Made by a program: the position numbers and the translations under genes. This document shows positions 36,479 through 50,532 of a DNA stretch of 64,000 nt, in pieces. This DNA is from Podarcis melisellensis (taxonomy: Eukaryota): the NCBI GenBank assembly GCA_964234715.1, contig OZ174276.1; one strand, 5' to 3'. A model generated the notes under the pieces. That model ran no database searches. It was not told the origin of the DNA and saw only the letters and a program-made list of their open reading frames with translations. How positions within the stretch are numbered: the stretch's first letter is position 1; each line of letters starts with the position of its first letter.

Positions 36479-38542
36479 CTGTGAAAACCAAGAGATGGCA
36501 AAATAATTAGCAAATGTGACTTTACAATGCCCGGTCACTGAGATATGTCTGGAGGCTTTTGTCTGGGTGCCCCCAACTTCAGACACTTGGCATGTGGTCA
36601 TCAGGAACAGGTCTTACCTGCCCCATTTAAGCCCTGAGGTCTGGCACCAGGCCCCCAATGTTTTATTAACACCATCTTTTAGTGAATGGTGCTTTGGTCC
36701 TGCTGTTTTTATTTATTTTTATTTGCGGTTTTATGCTGCTGTTTTAATTGATTTAATTGGCTTTCCTTCTATTTGTGAGCTGCCTTCTGAATAATTAAAA
36801 GCTGGGACATGTAAATAAAAACCAACAAAAAGGCCCCCAAATCACCACCCAGGGAGCAGCAGATAATGGAGCCAGCTCCAAACAGGCCTGACATCTGCAT
36901 CTGTGCTGGCATGGACATGCCAGGGAACACCAGGGCTGAAGCTAGTCACTACAGCATCCTTCCTTCTTATTTTTAACAAAATATTTTATAGTTAGGAGGT
37001 GGCAAGTCAAGCATGTACTTGGTTACAGATGTTCATTTTATTACTCATTCCTTAAAGATATATTATCCTTTTCTAGAAGAAATGATGCTTTCCCCCAAGT
37101 AAATGTGTTTAGCATGAAGCAGCAAAAGCAAACCCCATTTTATTTCTGTAGCCATGATGGTACCATAAAAATGCAAAACTGCACAAGCTCAGAGTATTTC
37201 TTTTACCAGGCCTCGCAAACAGGTTTTTCTTTGACTTTGCTCTAACATATTAGCAATGGAAAAGCAGTTACAAAGCATGGAATTGCCGTGGTGAGAAGAG
37301 AAATGTCAACTGTGTGCTTCACAACTAAATGACCATCGCCCTATAAGACTGTGAAGTCCAGGGTCTAGAGTTACTTAAGGGTCACCACTGACCGAGTGCT
37401 GCAGGAAGAAGTCATCAGGATACATGTGAAAATGTCTTCACAATAACATTCAAAGTTTTAGGAACTGATAGAGGCGAAAGCTAATTATTCAGCATGATTT
37501 TTAAGAGTTGGCTTGACGGACTTGGAAGGAGCAAGCCACCAAATCTTCTTCTTCAAGGGTACTTGGTTGATGGTGGACTACCTCATGATTTCTGCCCATA
37601 CACAAAATATTGTACCACGTCCAGAATATCTTACTCTCTTTGACAGGGACTGTACAACCCAAACAACCTGAATGGTGCAAACAAGGCTGCAAATAACTGC
37701 CAGTGGTACCCACACTTTTTATTTGTTTATTATAAATATTTATCTCCCATATTTCCATGAGACATGCCCAAGGCTAATTTTTGCTACAGAATGTGACTCA
37801 CTGCAGTTCGGCCCTAATGTACAGGAAGCCTGTAGTATACACAAGCTCATAAACAATTGCCCCCAATCCAGTGAAGATTAAGAGCCATGTGTAATTGGAA
37901 GCTTCCACATGAGTGGCTGCTCCTAACTGGAAAGAAATTTCGCCTTTCCAATGCATGTTATACATAATTACCTGGGATCATCCAGCAGTCGGGGCCCTAT
38001 AAATATCCAAGTAGCACTATAATGTCAATGGTAATTGTGCTGAGCACCTGTTCAGGAAAGGGAGGTGGCTAGAGTTGGCCTCCTGTCAATCTGCCTCCTC
38101 ACCAAACAACAACAAACCTTCTTTTGCAAGGCACAACCCTGGTGTCTGTGTATGTCTACTGCTAAATCCAGCCCTGGCTATCATTTCCTCACAGTTCTGA
38201 CAACTTCTGAACTGCTGCTTGGAAATACATTTCCTACCTTGGATTATTATTTAGGTTACAAGACAGTATTTGCTTGCTTTTATCCAGTACCAGGGTCCAT
38301 TTACCCTGCTGAGTTCACAGTTATGCCCTTTCATGCTCCTGAAATCACCTTAGGTCTACACGTGCATTTGATCAGACAAAGACATTATTCAGTCTACTAG
38401 AGGGAGGAATTTTGCACAGACCTTTGCTAGTTAAATCATATACATGGATAAAGAGATCAGCTCCTTTTCTAGACCCCATCTGATTCTATACCTCTGCCTG
38501 TAAGCAGAATGAAGGAAAGGCCTCCCATCATCACACTTATTC

Positions 38543-38544
<2 letters not shown>

Positions 38545-38582
<38 letters not shown>
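38545..38582. repeat. (TCAA)n microsatellite
   Basis: Direct tetranucleotide run. Confidence 0.95.
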
Positions 38583-40622
38583 TGTATCCTGCCCCTCCTC
38601 CCAAACATTTTCTGTCCAACATTTTCTGTGAGATCTCAGTCACTCTGTCTAGGACTGCCAGATAAGGGACAGGTGTTCCCCATCTGTTAAAGTGACAGAA
38701 GAATTTTGAAAGGTGCCGCTTCTCCTGCTTGTGCAGTCACAGTGGTCGAAATTCTGTGGTGCACACAACCCTTGAAGCACAGGCCTCACACTGTATTGTG
38801 AATCTGGTGACCCCAAGGCATTGACTTCAACAGCATCAGATACAATTACCAACAGGGTGAAAGGTATCGAAACCCCAGATGATTAATATTTCTCACTTTC
38901 TCAATGGCAAACAGGAAGCGGCAAAGCGTGACAGCTACTATGATGGATGTCAGTGCAGCGGCCTGCATCAGGCTAGGTTGAGACATTTGCACTATTTTAT
39001 TGAGTGACAAAAGTTATTGGCATTATCATGCTTTGCTTCCCTATGGCAAGGTTCGTTTCCCACTGGACTCTTTAAACATCACCTCTTTATTTGAACTCGA
39101 AAAGAGATGCCAAGTGTTTAGGGCTCTGGTTGAGGAAGCCAAACAATAGAGATCAATGCAAACCCATATATTTCATAGGTGGTGACATTTAATCTTTTTT
39201 AAAAAAATTTAACCTAAGAGTACTATACTTGGGGGGTAGAAGTGTTGAAAAGCACAACACTGGATGCATAGCAAAGGTTGATGATTTTCCCCAACACAGC
39301 ATTTTCTGAAAGGCTTAGGGACTAGGGGATCAAGCTACACCCTGTACTTTCCATCATTATATTTCATCACCTCTGTCTCCATGACAGGTTAGTTACTAGT
39401 GCCTACTCTACAGCACTTGAAGCAAATATTGGGAACTGCAGCGAGCAAATATGGGGCATTGCAACCAGCACATTAGGGAAGAGATCAAAACAAGATTACT
39501 AAATCAGATTTCGATATCTGGAAAGTGGGAGACTGGAGAGATAAAACTTTCGGTAAATGCTCAGGATGACATCCAAAAAAAAATAATGAGCCGTTTTATA
39601 GTTATAGTGATATAATACATATTCCAACCTATACATCAAGGCATAGCTCTATAAATAAAATATGAGGAGAACAAATGGGACCACTGGATATTACTAAGCC
39701 ATTATAAACTGTGCAATTGATTAAGAAACAAATCACTTGCAATACTACATTAAAGCTGCTAAATGTATCTTGGAGAGGCTTAGTAGGTTTTCATTCAATG
39801 TTTGGGTTGGAAGGAATTTTCATTTGTATTCTACTAGTTAGTGGCCTGATCCCCCCCCCCCCAATAGTGTGTAGAGACTTGTTTGTCTGAGAGCTGCTTC
39901 ACAAGTTCTGTAGCATGTTTCTTACCACACATGTACATGCAACAGGGAGCTTACAGGCCAAGGAAACAGAACCTCAGGCCCAGGGACCAAATGTGGGCCC
40001 TGTTTGGACCTTGGGGTTCCCCCCAACCCATGCACCCTGTCACCAGTCTCATCATGGAGTGTTTCTGCCTGTCTAGAATGAACCCTTGGACTCTGACTAT
40101 ACCTCTTGGCTGGATGGAGGACACAGACTAGACAAGAGGCAAAATTCACATGTATTGTTCTGCACACTTTGTCTCTGCCCATTGGCATGTGGGCCCCTGG
40201 AAGGTTGCACAGAAGGGAATGCAAGCCCTCAGGCTCTGAAAAGGGTAACCATCCATTATAGGTTACCAGCCCCCTCCCTCCAAATGTGCTACAGTGATGC
40301 TGAAAACACACTTTTGCTTAATGAAACTCACAGCGGAATGCACAAAAAGTGTACATTTCCTACAAAAGAGATACAAAACGGTTTTGCAGCTAAAATCAAG
40401 TATTTTGACTGCATTTCTAGAAAAAAGTAATTTGTGAAGCAGCTCTGAAACATATGGACTTATTATTTGTTCTATAAGCACCTGTTGAATCTTGCACCTT
40501 TCCAGAGGTATATATGGTTGTGAGAGTCTGTGTATAGGAAAGTCTCCAATTCCATGCAGTGAATTTGAGCACATGGACCATCTAGTCTATTCTACTTTCA
40601 GTGAATCCTGTGCAAAGCCTAC

Positions 40623-40749
40623 CTGGACTCCCAAGATGCCAAAAATGATGAAGAAAGCACAGCAGATGACAACAATGTTTCCAATGGGTTTTAGGGATGA
40701 CATCAGGGTTTCCACCACCAGCTTCAGCCCTTGTGCTCGGCTAATGACC
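40623..40749 (-). CDS. CACNA1G: CACNA1G exon 22 (127 nt): [42 protein letters not shown]
   Basis: Within ORF 40587..40769; tttcag acceptor, CAG|gtaggc donor. Confidence 0.97.
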
Positions 40750-41129
40750 CTGAAAGACAAAACTAGCATGTTAATAGCATCCTAACAACATATCTTTCTT
40801 CATTCAAAGGGAGTGGGGGAAAGGCAAGTTGAAGTAGCAACTAGCTCAAATACAGGAACTTTAAAGAAATAAAATGACTCCAATCTGAAAAGGTAAAATG
40901 GAACTGAAAATGTGCATTTGGGAGAGCACTTGTGTGAATTACAGGATTTTTGTGCTTTTACACAACACACTTATCCCATAGAGATATAAACACAGCAGCA
41001 TAAATGGGACATCTGAATAGTATTGTCATTTTACAATGACCAATTTGTGGCATTTCACCTTAAAACATCTATGTATTTTTGCCATGCTTTCCTCCACACT
41101 GCTGTAATAAACCCTGTGCTTTATACGAT

Positions 41130-41950
41130 TGTAATGGCCGCTTACCGACTTGCAGGAGAGCGGTGGTTGTGGCCTAACGCGGTGCCTCCTCTCCCCCCCA
41201 GACATGCAGCCCCTTTTTAGATTGTTTCCCTGTCCCCTCTGGCCACTGCGGAAGCTCATGGGTTCCCACCTAACCCGTCCTTCAAGTGAGCCAATCTGCA
41301 GTGGCCCGGGGAGGGGGGGGAGGGCTGGCCATCTACTTGGCCTGGCTGACCACTCAGCACAGCATCCAGTTGGCCAGGAGCATCACCCACCCACCCACCC
41401 TTCCCCTCCCTTCATTAATAGTTGATACTACTCTAACCATGTCTTTTCAGCTAGCCGAGCTTTGCTGTGGTCTTTTGGCGGTTGCTGAATTCGGAGCTGA
41501 GAAGCTCGGCAGGTTTCATTTTTCCCATAGCACAACTTTGGCGGTTTAGGCCTTGGGCGGAATCCTATAGTCTTTCATCCAATCGGGGTGTGGTGAAGTG
41601 GTGACTCACCCACCCCTGTTCCCTGGGGTGGCGTTAACAGGGGACCCCGTTAGAGGGGCCTAGAGGGAAGTCTCTGTCCAAAGAGCCAAGTGTGTAGGGC
41701 TAGCGGGCCATAGAGCTTCCCTCAGCATTCAAGGGCTGTTTGCGTAAACCTGCGTTTTGCGACGGATCCATCCCCGAATAGACCCTGTCATGCCTCAGTT
41801 CCTGAGCAAGGGGGGCGGGGCTGAGAGGGATACACACCCAATGCCTATGCCAAAGCTTCCTACATCTGAAATCAATAAAGCTGTGGCCGTTTAAATCTCA
41901 GACGATTGTTGGTGTCCATTCATTTTACCACTCAGCAGCTAGGCGCACCA
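41130..41950 (+). mobile_element. GC/CpG-rich LTR-like or DIRS/Ngaro-like terminal-repeat element
   Basis: Sharp compositional island beginning tgtaat, with AATAAA at 41874-41879; no coding remnant; family and right end uncertain. Confidence 0.55.
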
Positions 41951-44689
41951 GGAGAGTGGACTCTGTGGCTGAACACACAACCAGTCTTCCAAACAGCCAT
42001 AGAAATGTGAAGCTAGATGTAAAGAAAGAGCTGTGGCTGAATTTGGCTTATCACTGAATATGGGGATGCATCTTTGCTACCACAATGATTTTAAAAAAAT
42101 ATTACAACATTGAATGAGATGGGTATTCTGAAGCAACTGACAGCTTAGGATTCTCAGAGTACCCATGGGATAATTTTTGAGAGAAAGCTTTCAAGATGCC
42201 TTTAGTTTGACTATTTAAATGCACTGTAATGGAGAAAGGCCGTAAGTTATCAAGAGCTGTGACTGCAACATACATTCTTCCCCTTATGGCCCCTGATGAC
42301 CAGAACAGTTGACCAAAACTCCAGTTTCTTCAAAAGATGAGGAAAAGTCTATGATATAATGATGCCAATTAAGGGCATTGGCCTACAGATTCTGGTTTCA
42401 GACAATTGAGATATTGCCCTGAGATCTTGTGATGAAGGGAGGTAGATAAATCTAATAAAAATGAATAAAATAGATTTATTTGTGTGTGTGTTGAATTCAG
42501 TTGCCTGTGATGTATCCTGTCAACATGTCTTTAATTTTGCTCAACTTTTAAAAATACAGCAGTAGCCTCAGTAGTGCTTCCCTGGAAACCCCATGCTACT
42601 TGGCTGAGAAATTAAACTGTATCCCGTTTGACCTCACGGTTAACAATCTAAGCTCCTGTAAACAGAGTCTGGCACTTTATAACCCGACATCATTCTTCAG
42701 ATGTAGGCCCTTGGACAATGGTTCACTTCTGCAAGAAGTTTGAATGTATAGTTTTAATCTAACTCACTGTCACATGTGGCCTTATTTCCTGACTGGGATT
42801 TCTGAACATTGCTACCCATTTGGAGAAAATCTCTATGTATTCTGCTCTTCGGCAAAGCTTCAGCAGTTTGTATTTTTTCCTGAATACACTGTTATCATTC
42901 ACATTCTCAAGGTAAAAAGCAAAGATATTTACTTATATTTCTGCTGGTTCCACCAAAAGGTATCCTTAAATTGATTCAGTAGGGAACTTTTCTCTTTTTT
43001 GGGGGGGGGGGCCAGCAATAGACAGGGCCAAATCCAGAAGGGGATGGGGCCAAGACTACACACACCAATTAATCTACACAATCCTCCCACTTCACACATC
43101 TCTACACCAACACACACACACTCATTTACTCACATCCATTTATCCCCACACTCCCTCCTCTGATACACATCTCTTGCGTTTCCTTTGTTGTGCGTGTTAC
43201 GGTCTGTTTCTGCACCACCAGCTTGTCCCTGTCCTCTGTTTCACACAGAAGCAGCCAAGAAGGAGAAATGGGCTTTGGAAGGAGTGGGGCTGCAGGAGAG
43301 ACCAACCAGCTGCATGGGGAGGCCTGGCAGGCCATGCTTGGATTGTGCACCAGAGATTCCCCACCCCAATTTTAATGGATCCACTTTATTTCTTGCAGAT
43401 TCGTAGCATGACACTCTCCCTGAAAAAGTGACAGCACCATTATAAATGCACAGTTGGCTTTATGATTTTCAGGGGCCCTGGGTAAGAGACCATCAGTAAG
43501 CCCTGTTAGGCACTGAGCCATAGAGTGTGGAATTTATAAATGGAGAGTCAGCTTATCATTCTCCATGTGGATGACTTCTAATTCTTATAGAACCCCCTCT
43601 TTTTTGCTGAAGAAAGAGGTACAAAAGCTTTAAGAAAATAGTTGTCTTTTATAAGTAGCTTTAAATTCTATATCCAATGATAACAGCAATTCCCTGTGTT
43701 AGGTTTTATTTTGTTTGTTCATAACACTGTGGCTTTAAATCCTTTTGCTCTTGACTTTCCTACCTCCATTCTGTCATATACATTCCAACTTCCCTGAGTT
43801 GAAACTCACTCAGGAAGCCTTGATTGGGACTTTGTACAACTACCACACTAATCAGTGACCTTCAGTGATGCAGCGCCACTCCTGAATACGGCACAAAATT
43901 CCATAACTGCGAATTAGAGTATACTGCTGCAATTGGAGAGAGTGAGCAAGCAATCGATACGTGAGACAGATGCAAGCAGGAAAACAAAGCAGCTAGAATT
44001 ACTGCACTGCCTTACCAAGGACAAGTCTTACCAAGGGCAGAACTTTACCAAGAGAATTAAGAAGAAGCTTGCTTGCCTTATGTTAGCTACCAAGTCCTTA
44101 AGCAATGTCCCCCTAAAAAAATTGACCAAAGCAGCTTGCCATGCTTAACAAGCTGGGAGTAAAGTCTTAAGAACGGATGTGGACATACAGAGTGAACAGT
44201 AGTTAATACAAGTACTCTGTTTTACTATTTAGTGGACACTGCATTTGTAAACGAACATAAATTGTCCTTTGTGGGTGTACACTAAAACAAGTGTAGAGTG
44301 AATGTTGTAAAAGCATGGCTCTGAAGCCTTGCTGGAAGTTTTAGTGAACATTTTTCTTTGGTCTCATTAAGTGCATCCAAGAAGACCCACTTGCCACCCT
44401 TGCACAGTCCACCCAATGCATGAAAACCACCTGGACATGAAAAAATTAGAATATCATATTGTGCTTTCCTTCATTTTCTCCCAAGGCTGCTTCCCATATT
44501 TTGAGTGCATTCCAAACGTGTTCACTGTGAGTGGGAAAAGCTTTCCTGCAGACATAGCCTGCCCTTTATCCTCCAAAGCAACCATCCTAGTCCTCAGCTT
44601 AGTGTGCTCTGCACAGGCAGCTCCCATCCATGTAGGCAGCTCCACTTTCTAGATCAGCAATAAACTAGCATTCCTACCTATTTATTTTA

Positions 44690-45340
44690 GTTACTTTATA
44701 CCATGCAGTTCAAAGAAACTTCCCAGGAGCAGATTATAATCAAAATAGAAATAAAATAATACCATAGAAAAGAATAACAGGTATACAATAAAAACAAGAA
44801 CAGAAGCTAAAAGAGCAGGTTACAGAACAGTATAAATACCAAACACTTGAAATAAAACCCAGTTAAAATGCCTGGGAGAATAAAAATGATGCCAGTAGGT
44901 ACCAGGCAAGTTTTTGTTTTTTCCCCTGGAGAGAGAATTCTACAACCAGGGCACCACCACCAAGCAGACCCTTTTCCTTGTCACCTCCCACTGAATCTGT
45001 GATGGCAGGGCCATCCAAAAGTGATGGCCTTCGAAAATGACCTTGACTGATAAAGAAGAATAAGATTCATCATGCAACTTGGACCTAAGCCATTAAGGGC
45101 TTTAGGAGTTAAGAACTTAACTGAACTCAGAACAAGACAAGGATCCAGTGCAATTAACGAAGCACTGGCATTTTGTGATCATTGCATCTGGTTCTAGTTA
45201 GCAATCTAGCAGCTGTATTTTGAACTAATGGTACTTTCCAAACTCTTTTCAAAGGCAGCCCCACATATAACACATTACCTGGAGGTTACCAAAACATGGA
45301 TGACTGAGGCTCAGCTATCTCTATCCAGAAAGGTTTGGAG
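44690..45340 (-). mobile_element. Degenerate L2 LINE 3' portion
   Basis: gcagctgtattttgaacta...ttccaaactcttttcaaaggcagccccacata is the reverse complement of the MGLPLK..RKLQL.QNAAA-coding part of the L2 at 16k. Confidence 0.65.
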
Positions 45341-48099
45341 TTGGCATGCCAGCTGCATCTGGTAGAAGGCATTCAATGCGACTGTGGTCAACTGTGCCTT
45401 CAGTGACAAAGCAGGATCTAGGCGCAACCCATACATTCCTCCTATAGTGGGAGTGCCACCCTACCTGGACAAGAGTCACTATCTTTGGAGTAATGGGCAG
45501 CATCACACTTGAACACTAGCTTAGAGCTGGGACTGGAAGTCTCCCCCCATTCTATCCTTAGCTCAAGGATGGGGAAATGGTAGACATCCATATGTTGTAG
45601 GACTCCAACTCCTATCATCCCTGACCACTTGCTATGTTGGCTAGGACTCATGGGAGTTGAACAACATCCAGAGAACCAAAGGTTTCCCATTCCTGCCTAA
45701 ATCAGCTAAGTCCACAACTAATTGGTACTCCATATATAAAAGCAGCCCTGACCCAGACAATGTTGCAGCAATTGTCCTTAATCCTTCACTAGGGTTCTCC
45801 CCCTTTTCTTTCTTTACCTTACAAGGCCCTCCTGGCTGTGCTCTTCCCATTTTCCTTTGTCCTCCCCTTACTGTCCCAGTGGTTGAGGGCTGCACTCTCC
45901 TTTGCCAGCCCTTTGCTTCCAGGTCTTATTAGAGTAGCTCCTGTTGAGGGTCTTCATTTCATGTCTCCCTCTGAGACTTCTGCACAATGTCTCCTTCCTC
46001 CTCTTCTCATCTTTTTTATATTAAAAAACCCTATTTGTCACACTCACCTCTGATATGCCTACTCATTTTTAGCTGGAGCCAATCACTAGTCAGTCTTCAA
46101 TCACCAGAGTACTCCTGCTAATAAAATTAGTCATGCTTAACACTAGGCGTGATCTGTAGTGTTCTAGTGAACTATTTAAAGCAGGTATGTCCCTAAACGC
46201 TGGAAGCAGGAAACTACAACACAGATTTTATTGCTCGCCACTGCCTCTCACTAAATCCCTGTGTACAATAATAGAAATATCACTTTCCAATCTCCATTAT
46301 TTTCCCCGAGCAATTAGAACAATAATTTACACAGACGACTGCGTTTGCTTTTTGTTAATAATAGAATGTTGTATTCTCTTCATTTTTTTTTAAAAAAGGA
46401 AGCAGATGGATGATCTTTATATAACTCCTCCAGCAAATAAACATACCACATACATACACATACAGCGAATGGATTGCTTTCTGCAAGCCTAGACCAGGTA
46501 GAGGTTAATATGGATGTGCGTGTGGCCGTGGTGTGATGGCCACCAAGGATGTGAGCCATGTGTGCCCTGCCACATGGCAAACCTTGTGTAAAGCCTTGGA
46601 CACATAGTTCCTGGCCAACAAAGCTTGCACAACCTCCAAGGCTTTGCTGGCGCGGTTAAAACTGGCTTGAATCACAAGGGCAGCGCTTCACACAAACGAC
46701 ATACCATGTGGAGAAGTGCCCATATGGTTTGCATCCGTTGCGGACACCACATCACAGAGTGCATGTATGAAGTGGCGCCTCTTTGGATAAAAAGGGAGGC
46801 GTGTTTGTCTAAGCTGTTTCCTTTTGGTAGCAAAGAGTACAGTTACACTTGGTGCTAGGGTGGGGGCAGATTTGGATGTGCGCAGGCATGTTTTGATGAA
46901 AGATTTCTACAAGCTGGACAGGGATTCTTCTGACACTCCCTTGGCTCCCCCCTCTTGTCTGCTTCACCATTTCCCCACCAGATCTACGTTCTTCTATATT
47001 TTTTGTTGGCGTGGGAAGGGTGTGTGTGTGCAAATTCCTTGAAGTAGACTATATAATGAAAAACAATCACATCCAAATGTTGCAATATGCATTATGTAAG
47101 TTGCACTATTTATTCCGGGCACCAAAACCACATTTGGATTACTTGGTGCAGAAACGTGCACAGCTTTGGCTTAAAAACCTCTGTCGTTTCCTCCTCAGCT
47201 TCAATGCTAATGCAGTTCTCATGTCTTCAGGAAGCAAAAATGTAAAGACTTTTACAGAATACAACTAATCCCTAATCACCGAAAGAGGGCAACATGTTTT
47301 TGCTTAAGAGCTCCAGGGACCCTTAATGGTGAAACCAGGAGGGGCTTTTTGGCTCTAAATTTATAGTGTGGTGGATCAGAGACCACGGAGGTGGTAGGGA
47401 GGAACAGAAGCTCAGTGGTATCCAAGAGGTTGTGGGTGGGTGGGGGGCAGCGGCTGAGGCTGACTAGAGTTAGCACTAATATTTGGGAATGGGAATGCTG
47501 CATTCCTGTAGATCAGGAATGTGATCTAGCTCTCCATGCAGAGAACCCATCCATTTCAGCTACCTGAGGCTGTAGTGAGAATGGTTTTAAGCTAGTGTCA
47601 AGTGCATGACAAATGAAGAAAATTGAAGTCAGGGCATGTGTTACTCCCCCTTCCAAAACATACCTCCCCATCTAATCCCTGGAGTATTTCCCAGTTCTGC
47701 TAGCCTCAGCAGTCTCGATTCTTTCTGCTAAACTTGCACCATGCAGACAGCTCCATCCTAAACACCTGTCAGTCTCATATCTGCTGGAACACGTTTGCCA
47801 GCTTTAAGCCTACTAGTCCGATCAGAGCACTTGTCACAAAGTGAGGGAAATTCAGATTTGCCTTCAACACTCAGAGAAGTGTTAATATGATAGAAAAGAG
47901 CCACGAAAAATGACTTGTAGCGTAGTGTTATGAAGAGTGAATAATTCATACATCTATTTTGGAAGCCAAAGCCAGGACAGAATAGTATTCAACCCCCTCC
48001 ACCCCCCCCAATTATTCTGAATACATTTTAAATGTTGGTTTCTCTTGTATTTGATCCTGGCAATAGCAGCCAGGAGAAAAAAAATTAGTTGCAAGTAGT

Positions 48100-48480
48100 C
48101 CAGATTTACAAGGGGCTGGTGGATTACTACAATGTGTTATACATGGGGCTAACTGTGGAAACAGTCTGGAAAGTCAGCTGCTCCAATACAGGGCAGTGAG
48201 AATATTAATTATCACATATGGACTTTAACATCTGCACTGGCTTCAAAATATTTCTGTGCCAAATTCAAGGTGCTAATATTATTCTTTAATCTCCTAAATG
48301 GCTTGGGGCCATGCTACTGGAAGGTTCACCTTTTTCTGCATATGCCTTAAGATCTTCATTAGAGGTGGTACTCTAGATGCCTCCACCAAATGAGATGTGT
48401 GGTTACTAAGGAGCGGGCCTTTTGCCTGATACCTACATTGTGGTCTTTCCAGCATCAGGTAAAGTTATTTTAATTTTGCA
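48100..48480 (+). mobile_element. Degenerate L2 LINE 3' portion
   Basis: ggattactacaatgtgttatacatggggct...atctgcactggcttc...aattcaaggtgct, homologous to 16565-16760. Confidence 0.65.
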
Positions 48481-48554
48481 AAATTTTTTTTATTATTTTT
48501 TAGTTATATGCATCTTAGGTATTTCACAATAATTATTCCGCCCCCCTAATGATT

Positions 48555-48733
48555 GGCTGTAGCTCAACAGTAGAGCATCTTCTTTGTATTTAGAATGTCC
48601 CATGCTCAATTCCCAGCATCTCTAGGTAGGGCTGGGTGAGGCCCCCTGCCTAAAACCCTGAAGAACTTCTATCGGTCTGTGTAGACAACACTGAGCATGA
48701 TGGACAAATAGATTCAGTAGTAAGTTCCCTATG
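48555..48733 (+). mobile_element. Squam3-like tRNA-derived SINE
   Basis: ggctgtagctca..gtagagcatc...tcaattcccagcatctc.aggtagggctggg...gtgtagacaacactgagc..gatggac; partial reverse copies near 59785-59885 and 61707-61780. Confidence 0.75.
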
Positions 48734-48771
48734 ATCTTGTATTGGCTGCACTGATATTGTTGTTAATACAT

Positions 48772-49031
48772 AAAGGTAAAGGGACCCCTGACCATTAGGT
48801 CCAGTCGTGGCAGACTATGGGGTTGTGGCGCTCATCTCGCTTTATTGGCCGAGGGAGCCGGCGTACAGCTTTCGGGTCATGTGGCCAGCATGACTAAACC
48901 ACTTCTGGCGAACCAGAGCAGCACATGGAAACACCGTTTACCTTCCCGCCGGAGCGGTACCTATTTATCTACTTGCACTTTGACGTGCTTTTAACTGCTA
49001 GGTTGGCAGGAGCAGGGACCGAGCAACGGGA
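48772..49031 (-). mobile_element. Sauria SINE, 5'-truncated (different subfamily from the 2400 copy)
   Basis: aaaggtaaagggacccctgaccattaggtccagtc...gtttaccttcccgccggagcggtacctatttatctacttgcac...ctaggttggcaggagc. Confidence 0.9.
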
Positions 49032-49147
49032 CCTTATTTCTTCAAGAGCACCCTTATTTCTTTCCATGACACACTGGATTCATCATTTCCCCACACCCAG
49101 CCCAACAACATTTGACCATCCTACATAACCCTCTGTAGTTTCCTTAC

Positions 49148-49332
49148 CTTAATGGTCTGAGAGTTCGCAGTAGCCTCAAGACTCTTAGCATTCCAAGGAT
49201 TTTTGTGCCGCTATCGGAAACCATCGAAACTAGGATGTCCGCCACTGAGATGAGAACCAACACCCCGTCCAGCACATTCCAACTACTTCTCAAGTATGCC
49301 TTCTCACCAAAGCACAAGCCTAACGCCACCAC
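49148..49332 (-). CDS. CACNA1G: CACNA1G exon 21 (185 nt): III-S3/S4, [23 protein letters not shown]...[14 protein letters not shown]
   Basis: ORF 49144..49332; gacag acceptor, AAG|gtaagg donor. Confidence 0.97.
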
Positions 49333-50463
49333 CTGTCAAAATGTCAAAATTGCAACAAAAGATGACTAATTGAGTCAATATGTTGAATGCATTATTTACA
49401 GATATGAGACTGCAAATGCATTGGCTTCCCAGTTATAGAAACACAACTAAGCCGATCCTGCAAAGTGTTATAATGTAAGGTTCGTAAAAAATAACTATGC
49501 AGAAACATCCCAGATTGTGCCTTTAACAGCTGATGTATTTTTAATGCAGTTAAAACCTAATTGCGCACAAGTGTCTGCAATAATGTATAGAAATTACATA
49601 AAAGAATGGCACACACAATTAATATTTTCTTACAGCTGACTGCAGATATAAATGGTTGGAAGCTGCTGACCATATGCTATCCTGAGCCACAAGGCTTTCA
49701 AACAATTTTCAGGTGCAACAAGGTCACCACAACAACTAAAATGAATCATTTGAGAGGTTGCTAATTTCACACACGCTAGCTTTGTTGGAAGCATTTATTT
49801 CTACACACTGGTGGGAAAGGGTGACATCCCCACCAATTCCCAGCAAGTTAGAAAGTTTCAGCCGAGCATTTAAAACTCTGGCATTCTCCGAGGCAAGCAG
49901 GTCTGAATGGTAAATCTCTTAAAAGAGCATATAGCAGATACAAACTGAAATGTCGAAAATGAGCCCTTGTGGAATGTGCTTGGTCTTCATTTAGATTACA
50001 TGGCAATCTGCTGTACAGGGTCTCAGTTCTGTGGTTCATAAGGTCAACAGATGGGAGTACACACTCCACTAGCCAACCTCGGTTAACAGGGATGGGGAAC
50101 TTGTGGCTCCCCATGTTGCTTGATTCCAATTCCCATCAGGCCAGCCAAGCATGGCCAAGGAAAAGGGATGGTGGAAACTGTAGTCCAGCACCATCTGGAG
50201 CATCACTGGTTTCTATTCTTGCTCTATTAGCTGCTACAAACATGTAGCTTAATTGTTTAGAACTCAATGAGTGCATATGAGTTCCAAACACTCTCAGAGG
50301 TGTTTTTCATGTGCATGCTGGGATGTCCCAGTAGGGAAGCCCATTTTCATAGGACATGTGCATACTGGCATAGAGCTTATACTGATGAAATGAGTTCAGT
50401 AGGTAGGAAAGATGTGTTTCATGAGGGTTCAGGATGGGGCCAAAAGGCCAAAGGGTAATTTAC

Positions 50464-50532
50464 CTTGATGGTCATTTCAGCCAGGAAGATTGCTGTGAAA
50501 ATATAGTTGGAGAGTGTGAGGAAAATTCGTTC
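50464..50532 (-). CDS. CACNA1G: CACNA1G exon 20 (69 nt): [23 protein letters not shown]
   Basis: aaatag acceptor preceded by a (CT)n tract, AAG|gtaaat donor. Confidence 0.96.
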
